NCBI GenBank assembly: GCA_035606195.1
Contig: DATNFX010000313.1
Location: 1 to 61,504, forward strand
Source: Pyrinomonadaceae bacterium
Lineage (GTDB): Bacteria > Acidobacteriota > Blastocatellia > Pyrinomonadales > Pyrinomonadaceae
Direction of reading: 5' to 3'
DNA: 61,504 nt
Position numbers and translations under genes: made by a program. Below are positions 1 through 9,281 of the stretch, one piece after another; positions within the stretch are counted from its first letter, which is position 1, and each line of letters starts with the position of its first letter. The notes beneath the pieces were generated by a model, which saw only the letters and a program-made list of their open reading frames with translations, was not told the DNA's origin and did no database searches.

Positions 1-57
1 CTATATTCTCGACAACTACCTCTCACAACCAACTCGGTTCGTTTCGAACTTGAGCCG

Positions 58-1500
58 ATGAGTTACGCTGACGAAGCCGCCGAAGTAAAGCGGCTTTCCG
101 ATCGGTTGGACGCGAAGCGCAACTGGCAGACCCAAGAGGAAGTTGGAAAGCTGTTGGCGTATCTTACCGGCGAACCGTCAACTCGCGAGAAGGTGCAGCG
201 TTTCCTGAATCAGGACGAGCGCAGCGGAAACCTCAACGCACAGCTGTGGCACGGATTATTTACTGCCAGCGATCGTCAGTTGGTGCTCAAACTCCTCGAA
301 GCAGGTCTGCGCGATCCGGACACTCCAGTAAGTTCGCAGTTGCTCATCGCAGTAACGCGGCTCCGCAAGTTGGTCACAGACGGCGTGAGGATGGACAAAC
401 ATGTCGTTCCGAATACTCCGCCAGAAGAAGATCCTCGCGCTCGTGAGATCCGGGATGCTTATGTCGTCGAGTTGTCAGCGGGTCTGGCCAAGCGAAAGGA
501 CAAAGCTTTAACGACGACGGCAATAACCATAGCCTCCAATCCGCCGAAAGATCCTCAGGCGGCGAGTGTCGGTTCGCGTGACGCGCGACGCGTCCTCATT
601 CAACAGTTCGAAGCACTACAGCCGATTAGTCAAGAGTGGCTTTTGCGGCAGGACTGGGAGGAACTGCGCGATCGTTCAATGATTCCTGTATTCAAGCGGA
701 TGCTATCGACTGGTCCTGGTCCAGCCCAGACGCAGCTGCACCAGGCGGCGCTGAAGTTACTAATTGAGACAGCGCCCGACGAAGCGCGCCCCTTTGTCGT
801 TGCCGAAATACGCGATCCTGGCTCGTTAGTCGATGTGAAGTTGCTGGGCAGCATCGAGACTAAGTCGTTGCCGGAAGCCGACTCAACTCTGCTCGAACAA
901 ATTCGTCGTTTTGCCATGCTGCCGGATAATGTCGGCTTTGTTTTTCTGAAACAAAAGACATCGCTGCTGGTGCGTTTTGGGACTGACGGAATCTATCAGG
1001 AGCTGATGGACCTTTATCAAACAGTCGGAGCAAAGTTGTATCCGGATTGCCGTGCAGGACTGCTCGCTTATTTTGCAAAGCACAATGAACGAGAAGCTCT
1101 TCCGCTAATAGAACAAGCAATATCTGAGTTGAAACCGGACCAGGATCCTGCTGTGCTTCGTGAGTTGACGAAGTTGCATTACTCAGAGGCGATCGCTGGT
1201 TTGGTAAAGAAGCTGTTGGCGACAGACGATCGCTCATATGCGAGTACTGCGGCCTATTTGCTTGGGCTGCATGGATCAGCCGATGACAAAGAGGTGCTGG
1301 AGGCGCGGTTGAAACGTTGGCAGGAGCAGTGGGGAAACCGAGTGGTAGAAGCCGACGATCAACAGCAGGGCCGAATCGAAACGGAACTCGTCTGGGCTTT
1401 GATTCACGGCACGTCGTGGAAACTTCCTCCCGAGCGTCTGCGCGAACTTCAGACGGGTTGCGTCACACAGATGTGCAAACGGAGCAACCCGCTACCGTGA
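58..1500 (+). CDS. hypothetical protein, helical-repeat-like
   Basis: 480-aa ORF with ATG start. Leu/Ala/Glu-rich sequence looks like HEAT/ARM-type helical repeats in the C-terminal half. Overlapping ORFs are short and low-complexity. No catalytic motif recognised. Confidence 0.5.
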   Translation: MSYADEAAEVKRLSDRLDAKRNWQTQEEVGKLLAYLTGEPSTREKVQRFLNQDERSGNLNAQLWHGLFTASDRQLVLKLLEAGLRDPDTPVSSQLLIAVTRLRKLVTDGVRMDKHVVPNTPPEEDPRAREIRDAYVVELSAGLAKRKDKALTTTAITIASNPPKDPQAASVGSRDARRVLIQQFEALQPISQEWLLRQDWEELRDRSMIPVFKRMLSTGPGPAQTQLHQAALKLLIETAPDEARPFVVAEIRDPGSLVDVKLLGSIETKSLPEADSTLLEQIRRFAMLPDNVGFVFLKQKTSLLVRFGTDGIYQELMDLYQTVGAKLYPDCRAGLLAYFAKHNEREALPLIEQAISELKPDQDPAVLRELTKLHYSEAIAGLVKKLLATDDRSYASTAAYLLGLHGSADDKEVLEARLKRWQEQWGNRVVEADDQQQGRIETELVWALIHGTSWKLPPERLRELQTGCVTQMCKRSNPLP

Positions 1501-1503
1501 GTC

Positions 1504-1618
1504 TAGCCTGCGAAGCAGGCAGGAGCATAAAGCCTGGGCGCGAGCCCCAGGGATCAAAGCACAACAGATGTTTGAAGCCCGTGAATGCGAGCGATAGCCC
1601 GAAGCGAGACAAAGCCGG
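1504..1618 (+). repeat. copy 1 of a dispersed structured repeat (other copies at 54365-54478 and, inverted, 54546-54595)
   Basis: By-eye alignment with 54365-54478 gives roughly four-fifths identity over ~110 nt. Contains a CCTGC-GAA-GCAGG hairpin and a CCTGGGC-GCGA-GCCCCAGG hairpin. ORF 1317..1688 reads through it and is probably spurious. Confidence 0.75.
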
Positions 1619-1773
1619 TAGGTCTCCAGGTCAAATTTACGCCAACATGCAAAACCGGCCGGGACTTGATGCTGCTCTAAGTCGTTGATTCTATTGGCGG
1701 AGCAGGGGGGCTCATTGCGAATTAGACGACCGGGTATAAGGTAAGTATTTGCCGGCGGACCCGAAATGAGTTA

Positions 1774-1802
1774 TTGACAAACCCCATTCTCGTCAACATA
1801 AT
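1774..1802 (+). promoter_or_regulatory. sigma70-type promoter candidate (TTGACA-N17-CATAAT)
   Basis: TTGACA at 1774-1779, 17-nt spacer, CATAAT at 1797-1802. Lies ~100 nt upstream of the RHH gene start at 1902. Confidence 0.55.
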
Positions 1803-1813
1803 GTCTGCATGAT

Positions 1814-1843
1814 ATGCGCATCCCATGCTCATTCCATGCGCAT
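1814..1843. promoter_or_regulatory. two copies of the 8-bp palindrome ATGCGCAT (candidate operator)
   Basis: ATGCGCAT at 1814-1821 and 1836-1843, 22 bp centre to centre. They sit between the -10 box and the RHH start codon. Confidence 0.5.
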
Positions 1844-1901
1844 CTAAGGAAGCGTTGGGGGCAAGTGCTTGAGCAATTCCCCCCTGAAAAGGAGGTTAGA
1901 T

Positions 1902-2156
1902 ATGGAATCACGAGCAGCAACAGATATGGAACCAAAAGTAGCAACAGAATTGAGACGACTCAATATAAACCTGCCGCCACCGGTGTATGAAATCCTGCAA
2001 GACTTAGCTACCCAGACAGGCCGGACGATGACAGATGTTGTGCGGACCGGTTTAAGTCTGGCCAAGATTGCGCTTGAGGCCGAAAAGGCGAAGAACAAAC
2101 TGGCCGTGGTGAGTCAGGATGGAACGATCTTAAAAGATATTGTGCTTGTAAGATAG
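1902..2156 (+). CDS. ribbon-helix-helix (CopG/Arc/MetJ-like) DNA-binding protein
   Basis: GGAGG at 1891-1895 lies 6 nt before ATG 1902; the track start TTG 1869 is less likely. LNINLPPPVYEILQDLATQTGRTMTDVVRTGLSLAKIA fits the strand-helix-helix pattern. Confidence 0.7.
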   Translation: MESRAATDMEPKVATELRRLNINLPPPVYEILQDLATQTGRTMTDVVRTGLSLAKIALEAEKAKNKLAVVSQDGTILKDIVLVR

Positions 2157-2579
2157 AACTCGTAGAGAAAGGACCGCAAAAATATTCTCATCACCCGTCA
2201 ACCAGGGCCCCGTCTGGAGCTCTGAATTCTTGCGGTTTCTCGAGTTTTTAAGTTGACAATGTCCAGCCCTCGGATTAGAGTTCCGCGGTCTCAAATTCAG
2301 AACCTGTGAACGGTGTCCTCTCGCCGGCATTTCAGCTTCACCAAGTGGGTTTCCGCGCGAGTCGATTCAGCAGAGAGTCTCCGTTCTGACCGGAACAATT
2401 GAACAAGGATTCGAACAAAGAGCTTATCGAGGATTTCGACGGCGAACTCGGGAACGTTACCGTAACCGAAGATGAGCTGCCGCCTGAGTCCGATCCGAAT
2501 GAAATCACGATCGAGGATCTCGATGCGGCGACGACGGTAGATCCAAACATCTATTAGCGTTGCTTCCTGGACGGATGAG

Positions 2580-2987
2580 GTGCAACCGATAGATGTAGTC
2601 GTAATTGACTTGGACGCGGCGCGGGCTGACGATCCGGCACCAAACCCGGGGCCACCACCTATGAATCCTAACCCTAACCCGCCAGAAGACGTAATTGTAC
2701 CCGACTTGTCGGCGGCTCGAACTGAATCTGCTCGAGTTATAGTGCAGGAGACGGCTGCGAAAGTCGTCGCTTACATTATCGTTGGGACTTTTGCGGCGAC
2801 TATTCTTGTAACGCTATTAATTTGTCTAGGTATTGTCTGGAAGAGTGGTGATCCAACTCGTGTAAAGCTTTTCGGCGACGCCGTTCTTCAAGTTTTTGAA
2901 GGCGTAGGCAAATTTGTTCCAGCAATCTTCGGTTCTCTTCTTGCCTTCATACTCGGTTACTATTTCAGCAAAGAGCAGAAGAAATAA
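2580..2987 (+). CDS. hypothetical membrane protein (Pro/Asn-rich N-terminus, two predicted TM helices)
   Basis: 135-aa ORF with GTG start. Hydrophobic stretches VVAYIIVGTFAATILVTLLICLGIVW and FVPAIFGSLLAFILGYYF. No family recognised. Confidence 0.45.
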   Translation: MQPIDVVVIDLDAARADDPAPNPGPPPMNPNPNPPEDVIVPDLSAARTESARVIVQETAAKVVAYIIVGTFAATILVTLLICLGIVWKSGDPTRVKLFGDAVLQVFEGVGKFVPAIFGSLLAFILGYYFSKEQKK

Positions 2988-3056
2988 CGTTGGTCTAACT
3001 TGAAATCGGACCGCAATCAACTAACCGAGTCGAACCTCTGAGATAATTTTCCTCGT

Positions 3057-4594
3057 ATGAAGCTTATCTTGACGGCCGGAACGTTGCTGTTGTTTTGCGC
3101 TTACTTCTTTAATGAGGCACATGCTTGCACGTGTCTCGACTACGGAGTTCCCACCTGCTCACTCTTTGCTGGAGCGGATGCAGTCTTTGTCGGGAAGATA
3201 GAGCGGATCACGTCGGCAATGGATGACAATGACGCAAGCGTGCAGCTCGGAGGCGTTGGTTCGATCTCATCGCGCGGCAGCGATTTGATCTGGGTGCACT
3301 TTACCCTCGAGCACGCGTTCAAAGGAGTTAGCGGAAAAATCATTAAGGCTCTGACCTACCGCGGCACGTCGTGCGATCTCGGTGTAAAGGAAGGGCAGCG
3401 ATGGTTGATCTTTGCACATCGTGATAAGCAAACCAGCAACCGGAGCTTCGGAGCTTGCGACGGAAATGGAGCTATCGAGAAAGACTCCCCATTGATCACC
3501 GAACTCGAAAAGCTTTCGAGACACAGCGGACCGATTTCAATTCGCGGACGAGTCGCTGAGCAGCGGTTCAACAACGTGAAAGGCGCAAAAGCGGTCATCA
3601 CGGGCAATGGACTTAACCTTGAGACTGTAACGGACTACGAGGGATCTTACAGTTTTGAGGTGCCCAGGGCGGGCCAATACACGGTCAAAGTCATCGTGCC
3701 TTTTAGTGCGAGTTTGATGCGCAGCCGCGACGACCGTCCGATCGATGAAAAGCCCGAGGAAACGCAAACTGTTTTTGAGTATTCTGCGACCGCCTCGCCA
3801 GACGCATGCGACTACCAACTTTTCGACACTTTCAAAATCGATCTAAAAGCAACGGCCAGTATTGCCGGAGTGTTTATTCTGGATAATTGGAAATATGTTC
3901 CGCGATTCAATCCGAGCGTTTGCCGGCTCATGCCGACCGAGAAGGAAACTCTCAGTGAATGCCGAACGGAATTCGACGGTCTTAATCCGGATGGCACCTT
4001 TAGGTTCGAAGGCTTACGTGATGGAACCTACACTATAGTTATGAATGACGATGACTTCCTGGATGGCAACTCGCCCTTCCCGCGTCATTACTACCCGGGC
4101 GTTCGAGACTTCTCAAAACCGAGCCCATCGTACTCGGACAGGGCGAAGAAAAAACGCAAATTCGATTCAAAGCCCTGCCGATGATTCCACTCCGAGCTGT
4201 ATCCGGCCAGGTTTTTCGCAAAGACGGAAACCCATTTTCGGCACCTGCAGGCCCAAAGCCTTTCATAAAGGTATACAGTTATGAAAAAGGAAAGGAGCCA
4301 AAGTACTTTTTCATGGATTCGTATATCCTCGATTGGGGCAAAGGGAAGGACGGACGTAAGGTGAAGTTGGTCGACGTCTCACCAGACGGAAAGATCTCAC
4401 TGAGTCTGTTCGAAGGATCTAGCTACATCGTAGTTGTTGAGACCAATCCGTGGGGGGATAAGGTCGAGTGCGGTATGGCGAAGGTTGATATCAGCTCTCA
4501 ACCAGCGAATCCGTTGCGAATCGTCATGGACAGGAAAGGGCGATGCGACGAAAAGGCGTTCGCTAAAGAGCTTGATGCGGGGATTAGGAAGTAG
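3057..4594 (+). pseudogene. secreted carboxypeptidase-regulatory-like (CarboxypepD_reg) repeat protein, split by a frameshift near 4115-4118
   Basis: ORFs 3057..4184 and 4181..4594 are consecutive. The -1 frame is open from 4055 and reads ...KTEPIVLGQGEEKTQIRFKALPMIPLRAVSGQVFRKDG, a sensible continuation of ...HYYPGVRDFSK. N-terminal signal peptide MKLILTAGTLLLFCAYFFNEAHA. The segment GRVAEQ..GAKAVITG..TVTDYEGSYSFEVPRAGQYTVKV is CarboxypepD_reg-like. Confidence 0.6.
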
Positions 4595-4703
4595 GTTGAG
4601 AAGAACTGGATAAGAAACTGGACATAGGGTTCAGGCCTGCCATTTGCAATTCTCGAAATTAAGTTCAGCAAAGCAGTATTTCGTTGTGGGGTATTAAAGT
4701 GTT

Positions 4704-4825
4704 GCTGGTTCCTTTTCAACCAGCGGGGCAAGCCCCTCTTCCTGACTTGTTTTATTTTCTGATTCAAGTTCCATTCGACGTTTGCGCAACTGAGAATAGA
4801 ACAAGTCAGGGGCTTGCCCCGGCTC
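4704..4825. terminator. convergent terminator region (hairpins plus T-rich tracts on both strands)
   Basis: GCTGGTT-N7-AACCAGC hairpin (4704-4724), then GGGGCAAGCCCC (4725-4736) followed by a T-rich run. The inverted partner AACAAGTCAGGGGCTTGCCCC (4800-4820) gives the same GC hairpin plus T-run on the minus strand. Lies between convergent genes ending at 4594 (+) and 4868 (-). Confidence 0.45.
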
Positions 4826-4867
4826 TAATCGATCCTGCGTGAATCCCTTACGCAACCCGATGGCCCA

Positions 4868-6448
4868 CTACTGGCGGCTCTGCCGTAGCTTCGGGGTCGT
4901 ACTGGGCGGATGCCTGTGATGTGTCAGTTGCTCATAGCCATATGCGAGCCTTATCAGCGTCGACTCATCCCATGCGCGGCCGAAGAAGGTTAGGCCAGCT
5001 GGTAACACGCCGTTGCGCGTGTAGCCCATCGGCACTTGGATAGCGGGGAAGCCCGAGGTCGGTGAAAAAATCTGGCTGTTGTCGCCGTGCGGAGTGTTAA
5101 GGTCACCTATGAGCCGCGGCGGGTTGCTCCACGTCGGATAGACAAATGCATCCAGCTTGAGCTTGTCCATCGTTTTAATCACTGCCTCGCCGAAGGCCTT
5201 GCGATACGCCATCTCAGACTTACACGCGTCACTATCCGGACCTTGTGGCGTTGATTGTTGCGCCCGTTCCAGTCGCAGTTGTACCGACGGGTGGAAGCGT
5301 TGTGATTTGATGATCTCGTCCAGGTTGTGCACCGGCACACGATTACCCTGCGCGGCCAGATATGCGTTGATGTCGTACTTGAATCCCATGCAGACGCCCG
5401 CAGTCTGGTCGCGTCGGACCTGACTCAGATCTACAGGTGCCGGATCGATGATCTCGGCGCCCGCCTTCTTCATATCTTCGATTGCTTTCATGAAGACCTT
5501 TACGACTTCGGGGTCTGTCGTGCTGCGCTCATACGCCTGACGTAGAACTCCGATGCGCGCCCTCTTTAAACCGTCGCGCTTGAGTGACGTTGCGTAGTTT
5601 GGGATCGGGTGGTTGCGACTAGCCGCGGTGACGGGGTCATTCGGGTCTTCGCCGGCTATTACTTGAAAGACCACGACAGCGTCCTCGACCGTGCGCGTGA
5701 TTGGACCAGCAATGTCCGCAAGCAGGTTGAGTGGCGCCACACCGGCTCGACTCGTCAGCCCCATCGTCGATCGGATCCCCACCAGCGCCTGATGAGACGA
5801 CGGCCCGCGAATGGAGTTTCCGGTGTCACTGCCAAGGCCGATGACACCAAAGTTTGCAGCGATCGCCGCCGCAGTGCCGCCGCTCGACCCGGCTGTCACG
5901 CGATCGAGCGCATGCGGATTGCGCGTGTAGCCAGGAAGGATCGAATTCACCGTCTCGTAAGGACTAAACGCGAACTCGGCCATGTTCGACTTGGCGAGCA
6001 CAATCGCGCCGGCTTCTTTGATTTTGCGAACCTGAAACGCGTCCTTGTTTGAAATGAATCCCTGGAGTGAGAGCGACCCGTCGGCACTCTGTAGTCCAAT
6101 CGTTTCGAAGTTATCCTTCACGATCGCGGGTATGCAGTGCAGTGGTCCAACGAAGCCACCTTGCGCAAAGCGGCGATCCAACTCGTCCGCCTCTCTAGTT
6201 GCGTTTGGATTGAGCACGACCAGAGAGTTGATGGCAGGACCGCGCTTGTCGTAAGCGTCGATGCGCTTGAGATAAGCCTCGACCAACTGACGGCAAGTCA
6301 CTTGGTGAGCGCGCATCGCCGCATGAATTTGAGCGATCGTGGTCTCTTCAACCGAGAACGACAGCGTCGCACGCTGCGCGAACACGGGCGTCGACGACGC
6401 GCCAATGCAGAGTAGAAAGGACAGTGCTACGTTTCTGAATCCGCGCAT
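4868..6448 (-). CDS. secreted amidase (amidase-signature family)
   Basis: 526 aa. Signal peptide MRGFRNVALSFLLCIGASSTPVFA. Amidase signature GSSGGTAAAIAANFGVIGLGSDTGNSIRGPSSHQALVGIRST. Confidence 0.85.
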   Translation of the reverse strand: MRGFRNVALSFLLCIGASSTPVFAQRATLSFSVEETTIAQIHAAMRAHQVTCRQLVEAYLKRIDAYDKRGPAINSLVVLNPNATREADELDRRFAQGGFVGPLHCIPAIVKDNFETIGLQSADGSLSLQGFISNKDAFQVRKIKEAGAIVLAKSNMAEFAFSPYETVNSILPGYTRNPHALDRVTAGSSGGTAAAIAANFGVIGLGSDTGNSIRGPSSHQALVGIRSTMGLTSRAGVAPLNLLADIAGPITRTVEDAVVVFQVIAGEDPNDPVTAASRNHPIPNYATSLKRDGLKRARIGVLRQAYERSTTDPEVVKVFMKAIEDMKKAGAEIIDPAPVDLSQVRRDQTAGVCMGFKYDINAYLAAQGNRVPVHNLDEIIKSQRFHPSVQLRLERAQQSTPQGPDSDACKSEMAYRKAFGEAVIKTMDKLKLDAFVYPTWSNPPRLIGDLNTPHGDNSQIFSPTSGFPAIQVPMGYTRNGVLPAGLTFFGRAWDESTLIRLAYGYEQLTHHRHPPSTTPKLRQSRQ

Positions 6449-6638
6449 TGGATCTGTTAGGGATTTGTTAAGTAGCGTCGTTTGATTTTTTACTCAGTCC
6501 GCCTTCGGAACCGGATTCGGCTCCCATGCTCTCGCTCCGAACTTCTCGAAGTTCTCCTACGTTGTACCCCATCCAAACGAGCGGCCACAAATGAAATACG
6601 GCCGCCAGTGCCGGCAGCCGTAAATGATTGAAACTAAA

Positions 6639-6685
<47 letters not shown>

Positions 6686-7093
6686 GCCAAATGGTTCACT
6701 GCATCTTTTGACACGCAATGACAGGCAGCGACATACCTTACAATTCTTCAACAGGTTGCAGCCGTAACAGCATTAATTTTTCTTGCATCCTTTGACATCG
6801 ATTTTCATCGATTTGCAGAGAGTCGAGTGACGAATCGGTGACATTTTTTCAGCTCTGATTCGCAGATCTTCCGCAGTTGGCGCTGATTTGCTTTGTTTCA
6901 TTCGGGCCTCGTTTCTTCCTAAGTTCAATCGTGATCGCTGTCTCGTAAATAACTAGCCGATCCGCACTGATCGGATTCCGAAAGGACTGCTCGCCGAAGT
7001 TGAAGAGCGGGGAATAGGCGTGACTTGAGTCCCACTTCACTCAACAGACATTGAGTGATCTCGTCAATATGCCGGACTGGACCAACACTCAAT

Positions 7094-7798
7094 CTAGAGC
7101 GTTCCACCCTCGGGCCAGTTTCGCCAGTGCGTATTCGGGTTGCGGGTGGGTCGATAGGCTGCAGCATCTCCGGTCGTAATACTTTGGGCGAGCATCTGGA
7201 AAGTTTCGCAATTACTTGGTAGTTCCCCCGCCGCCAAGTCGGGATGAAACCATTCGTCCAGCGAGATAAGCAATGGCAAATCGTGTTTGTTGCGAGCGGC
7301 GATTTCCTCCGGAGAGGCGAGCAATAGGTGTCGCTGCTCAGGTAAGAGACTGCGCATGACAACCACCGGATCGACATTCGGTGGCTCGATGAGTTCAAGA
7401 CCGCGCTGGGCCAATGCGTCGGCTGAAAGGTCCAAAGCGATGCGGTGACCTCGAATACTCAGTGCCTGGACTTGAGGCCTAACATACCAATCATACTCAT
7501 CCTCGAAAAGTGGATCATCCGGTAAGGAGTTGATTGGGTATAGGAAGTCCTCGTTCGCTGGTCCAGGTTCACGGTGGAGGTCGTTACCGAAAAGGTGAAG
7601 ACAGTTTTGAAAGACGTCGCAGCCAGAGACTTTAGGTACGTAGACACCCAATACCTCAACGATTATCAGCCAACGAACTTGGTCTCTGAAAATGGAAAGC
7701 CGAACATCTGCCGGATATACGTATCCATTATCCAACATCGGAAATGCGAAATTTTTAGCTGCAAGATCGAACTGGTCGAGGATCAAGTCAGGCGTCAT
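7094..7798 (-). CDS. hypothetical protein
   Basis: 234-aa ORF with ATG start and an AAGGGA-like RBS ~9 nt upstream. Non-repetitive, balanced composition. No family recognised. Confidence 0.6.
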   Translation of the reverse strand: MTPDLILDQFDLAAKNFAFPMLDNGYVYPADVRLSIFRDQVRWLIIVEVLGVYVPKVSGCDVFQNCLHLFGNDLHREPGPANEDFLYPINSLPDDPLFEDEYDWYVRPQVQALSIRGHRIALDLSADALAQRGLELIEPPNVDPVVVMRSLLPEQRHLLLASPEEIAARNKHDLPLLISLDEWFHPDLAAGELPSNCETFQMLAQSITTGDAAAYRPTRNPNTHWRNWPEGGTL

Positions 7799-7874
7799 TT
7801 TCGGTTGTCCCTTCTCGCGGCCGCTGGAGAGCGCGATTATACCGGTATGCTCGGGTCATAGAAGGCTTTGGCCA

Positions 7875-7927
7875 TTTTGGCGCGAAAGGGTTATTTGCGC
7901 CAAAACGAAGCCCAGTTTTGGCGCGAA
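7875..7927. promoter_or_regulatory. three copies of a 12-mer, TTTTGGCGCGAA / TTTTGGCGCAAA (direct, inverted, direct)
   Basis: TTTTGGCGCGAA at 7875-7886 and 7916-7927. The reverse complement of TTTTGGCGCAAA lies at 7894-7905. The cluster is 77-130 nt upstream of the minus-strand start at 7798. Confidence 0.4.
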
Positions 7928-8525
7928 TAGGCTTGGGGTCGTCTTGCTTGACTTTGAAGGGGTTGCCGCATCCGCTGGACGAGTGTAGCAATAAGGGGAA
8001 TCGTAATCCGTAATACCCTTCTTTATTTGTTTGTTGCAAAACGAAGAACGCGTGTTAATCGTGCCGAGAAAACTACTTCACCACTTATTAATCCTGTGGA
8101 GTTAACAAGCATTTAGCGCCTCAAACTCGAAGCTCGCGCATAGGCTAGCTCGCCCGCTGCCTAAATGAATCGAACAATGCAAATTGTTGAAGCAAACAAG
8201 GTTGACACTGGTGCCGAGGGCGGGGAGTCTAACACCTTAAAAGTGCTTGGCAATCAGGACAAATGGCAATATTCCTAAAAGGTTTTTAGTGGTTTGCGTA
8301 TTTTGAACGAATGGGTTCACGTAGTCATGATCATCGGCATCGGGTTCAAATAGAGTAACAGGCGATCCAATTAGTTCGCCCAGTCGGCCTGCCAACAGCG
8401 TTGACAGAGTAACCCCAAAAGTCCCATACTCCGCACAACCTCGCCTTGCTTCAGTGGTATCGTTTCAGCCCAGGTCGACAACTCCTATAGTAATTACATG
8501 GCCGATAACTCGGCAGGGGTGATCT

Positions 8526-9260
8526 ATGGTTGGGACATCGAAAAAGGTTGATATTGAAAACAAAATTCTCACTGCGCTACCTCATGAAGAGTTAGTGCGC
8601 ATTCTACCGCACCTCGTAAGTGCTCGCCTCGAAAAGGGGGAAGTGATTTATGTAACCGGGGACAGAATCCGCTATGTCTACTTTCCGAGCAACGGTTTGA
8701 TTTCATTGCGTTGTGTAAGCTCCTCAGGTTCCACGGTCGAAGTGGCAATGGTAGGTGATGAAGGTATTATTGGATATCCCGTGATTCTAGGTAATTGGTT
8801 GATGCCCTACGAGGTCACCGTTCAAATTACTACCGACGTATTAAGGATCAAAGCGGATGACTTCCAGGAAGAGTTCAATAAGAGAGGAGCGCTATACCAC
8901 CTCACCTTGCGTTATCTTAATTTAATTATTGCGGAAATCTCGCAGTCATCTCTCTGTCATCGTTTTCACACTGTCGAAGAAGGACTCATCCGCTGGTTGC
9001 TCATCGCTCACGATCGATTATTCTCGAGTAGCCTTAACGTCACGCACGAGACTATTTCGAACTCTCTGGGTGTGCCGAGGACAGGTGTGACAATGGCTGC
9101 AGGTGCGTTACAGCGCGCAGGGATAATTCGTTACACTCGTGGCAAGATTGTTATCCTCGATCGGGCTAGACTGGAGGCCAGCTCATGTGAGTGTTTTCGA
9201 ATAGTCCACGATGAGCTCAACCGCTTTTCGAAGGAACAAATTCCGTCCTCGATTTCTTAA
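8526..9260 (+). CDS. Crp/Fnr-family transcriptional regulator (cNMP-binding-like domain plus C-terminal HTH)
   Basis: 244 aa. The N-terminal beta-roll-like region (GEVIYVTGDRIRYVYFPSNGLISL) and C-terminal HTH (THETISNSLGVPRTGVTMAAGALQRAGIIRYTRGKIVILD) are typical of the family. Confidence 0.85.
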   Translation: MVGTSKKVDIENKILTALPHEELVRILPHLVSARLEKGEVIYVTGDRIRYVYFPSNGLISLRCVSSSGSTVEVAMVGDEGIIGYPVILGNWLMPYEVTVQITTDVLRIKADDFQEEFNKRGALYHLTLRYLNLIIAEISQSSLCHRFHTVEEGLIRWLLIAHDRLFSSSLNVTHETISNSLGVPRTGVTMAAGALQRAGIIRYTRGKIVILDRARLEASSCECFRIVHDELNRFSKEQIPSSIS

Positions 9261-9281
9261 CATGAAAAAACAACATCGTAC

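Noticed and set aside
1902-2400. Toxin-antitoxin pair nucleated by the RHH gene
   Set aside because: No plausible toxin ORF (ParE/RelE/PIN-like and similar) is adjacent on either side. Downstream ORFs are a Ser-rich antisense frame and a short acidic peptide.
6925-7398. 157-aa minus-strand ORF overlapping 7094..7798 in another frame, and ORFs 6468..6751 across the tRNA fragment
   Set aside because: The alternative frame of 7094..7798 is longer and has balanced composition. The ORFs at 6468-6751 run through the tRNA-derived sequence and noncoding DNA.
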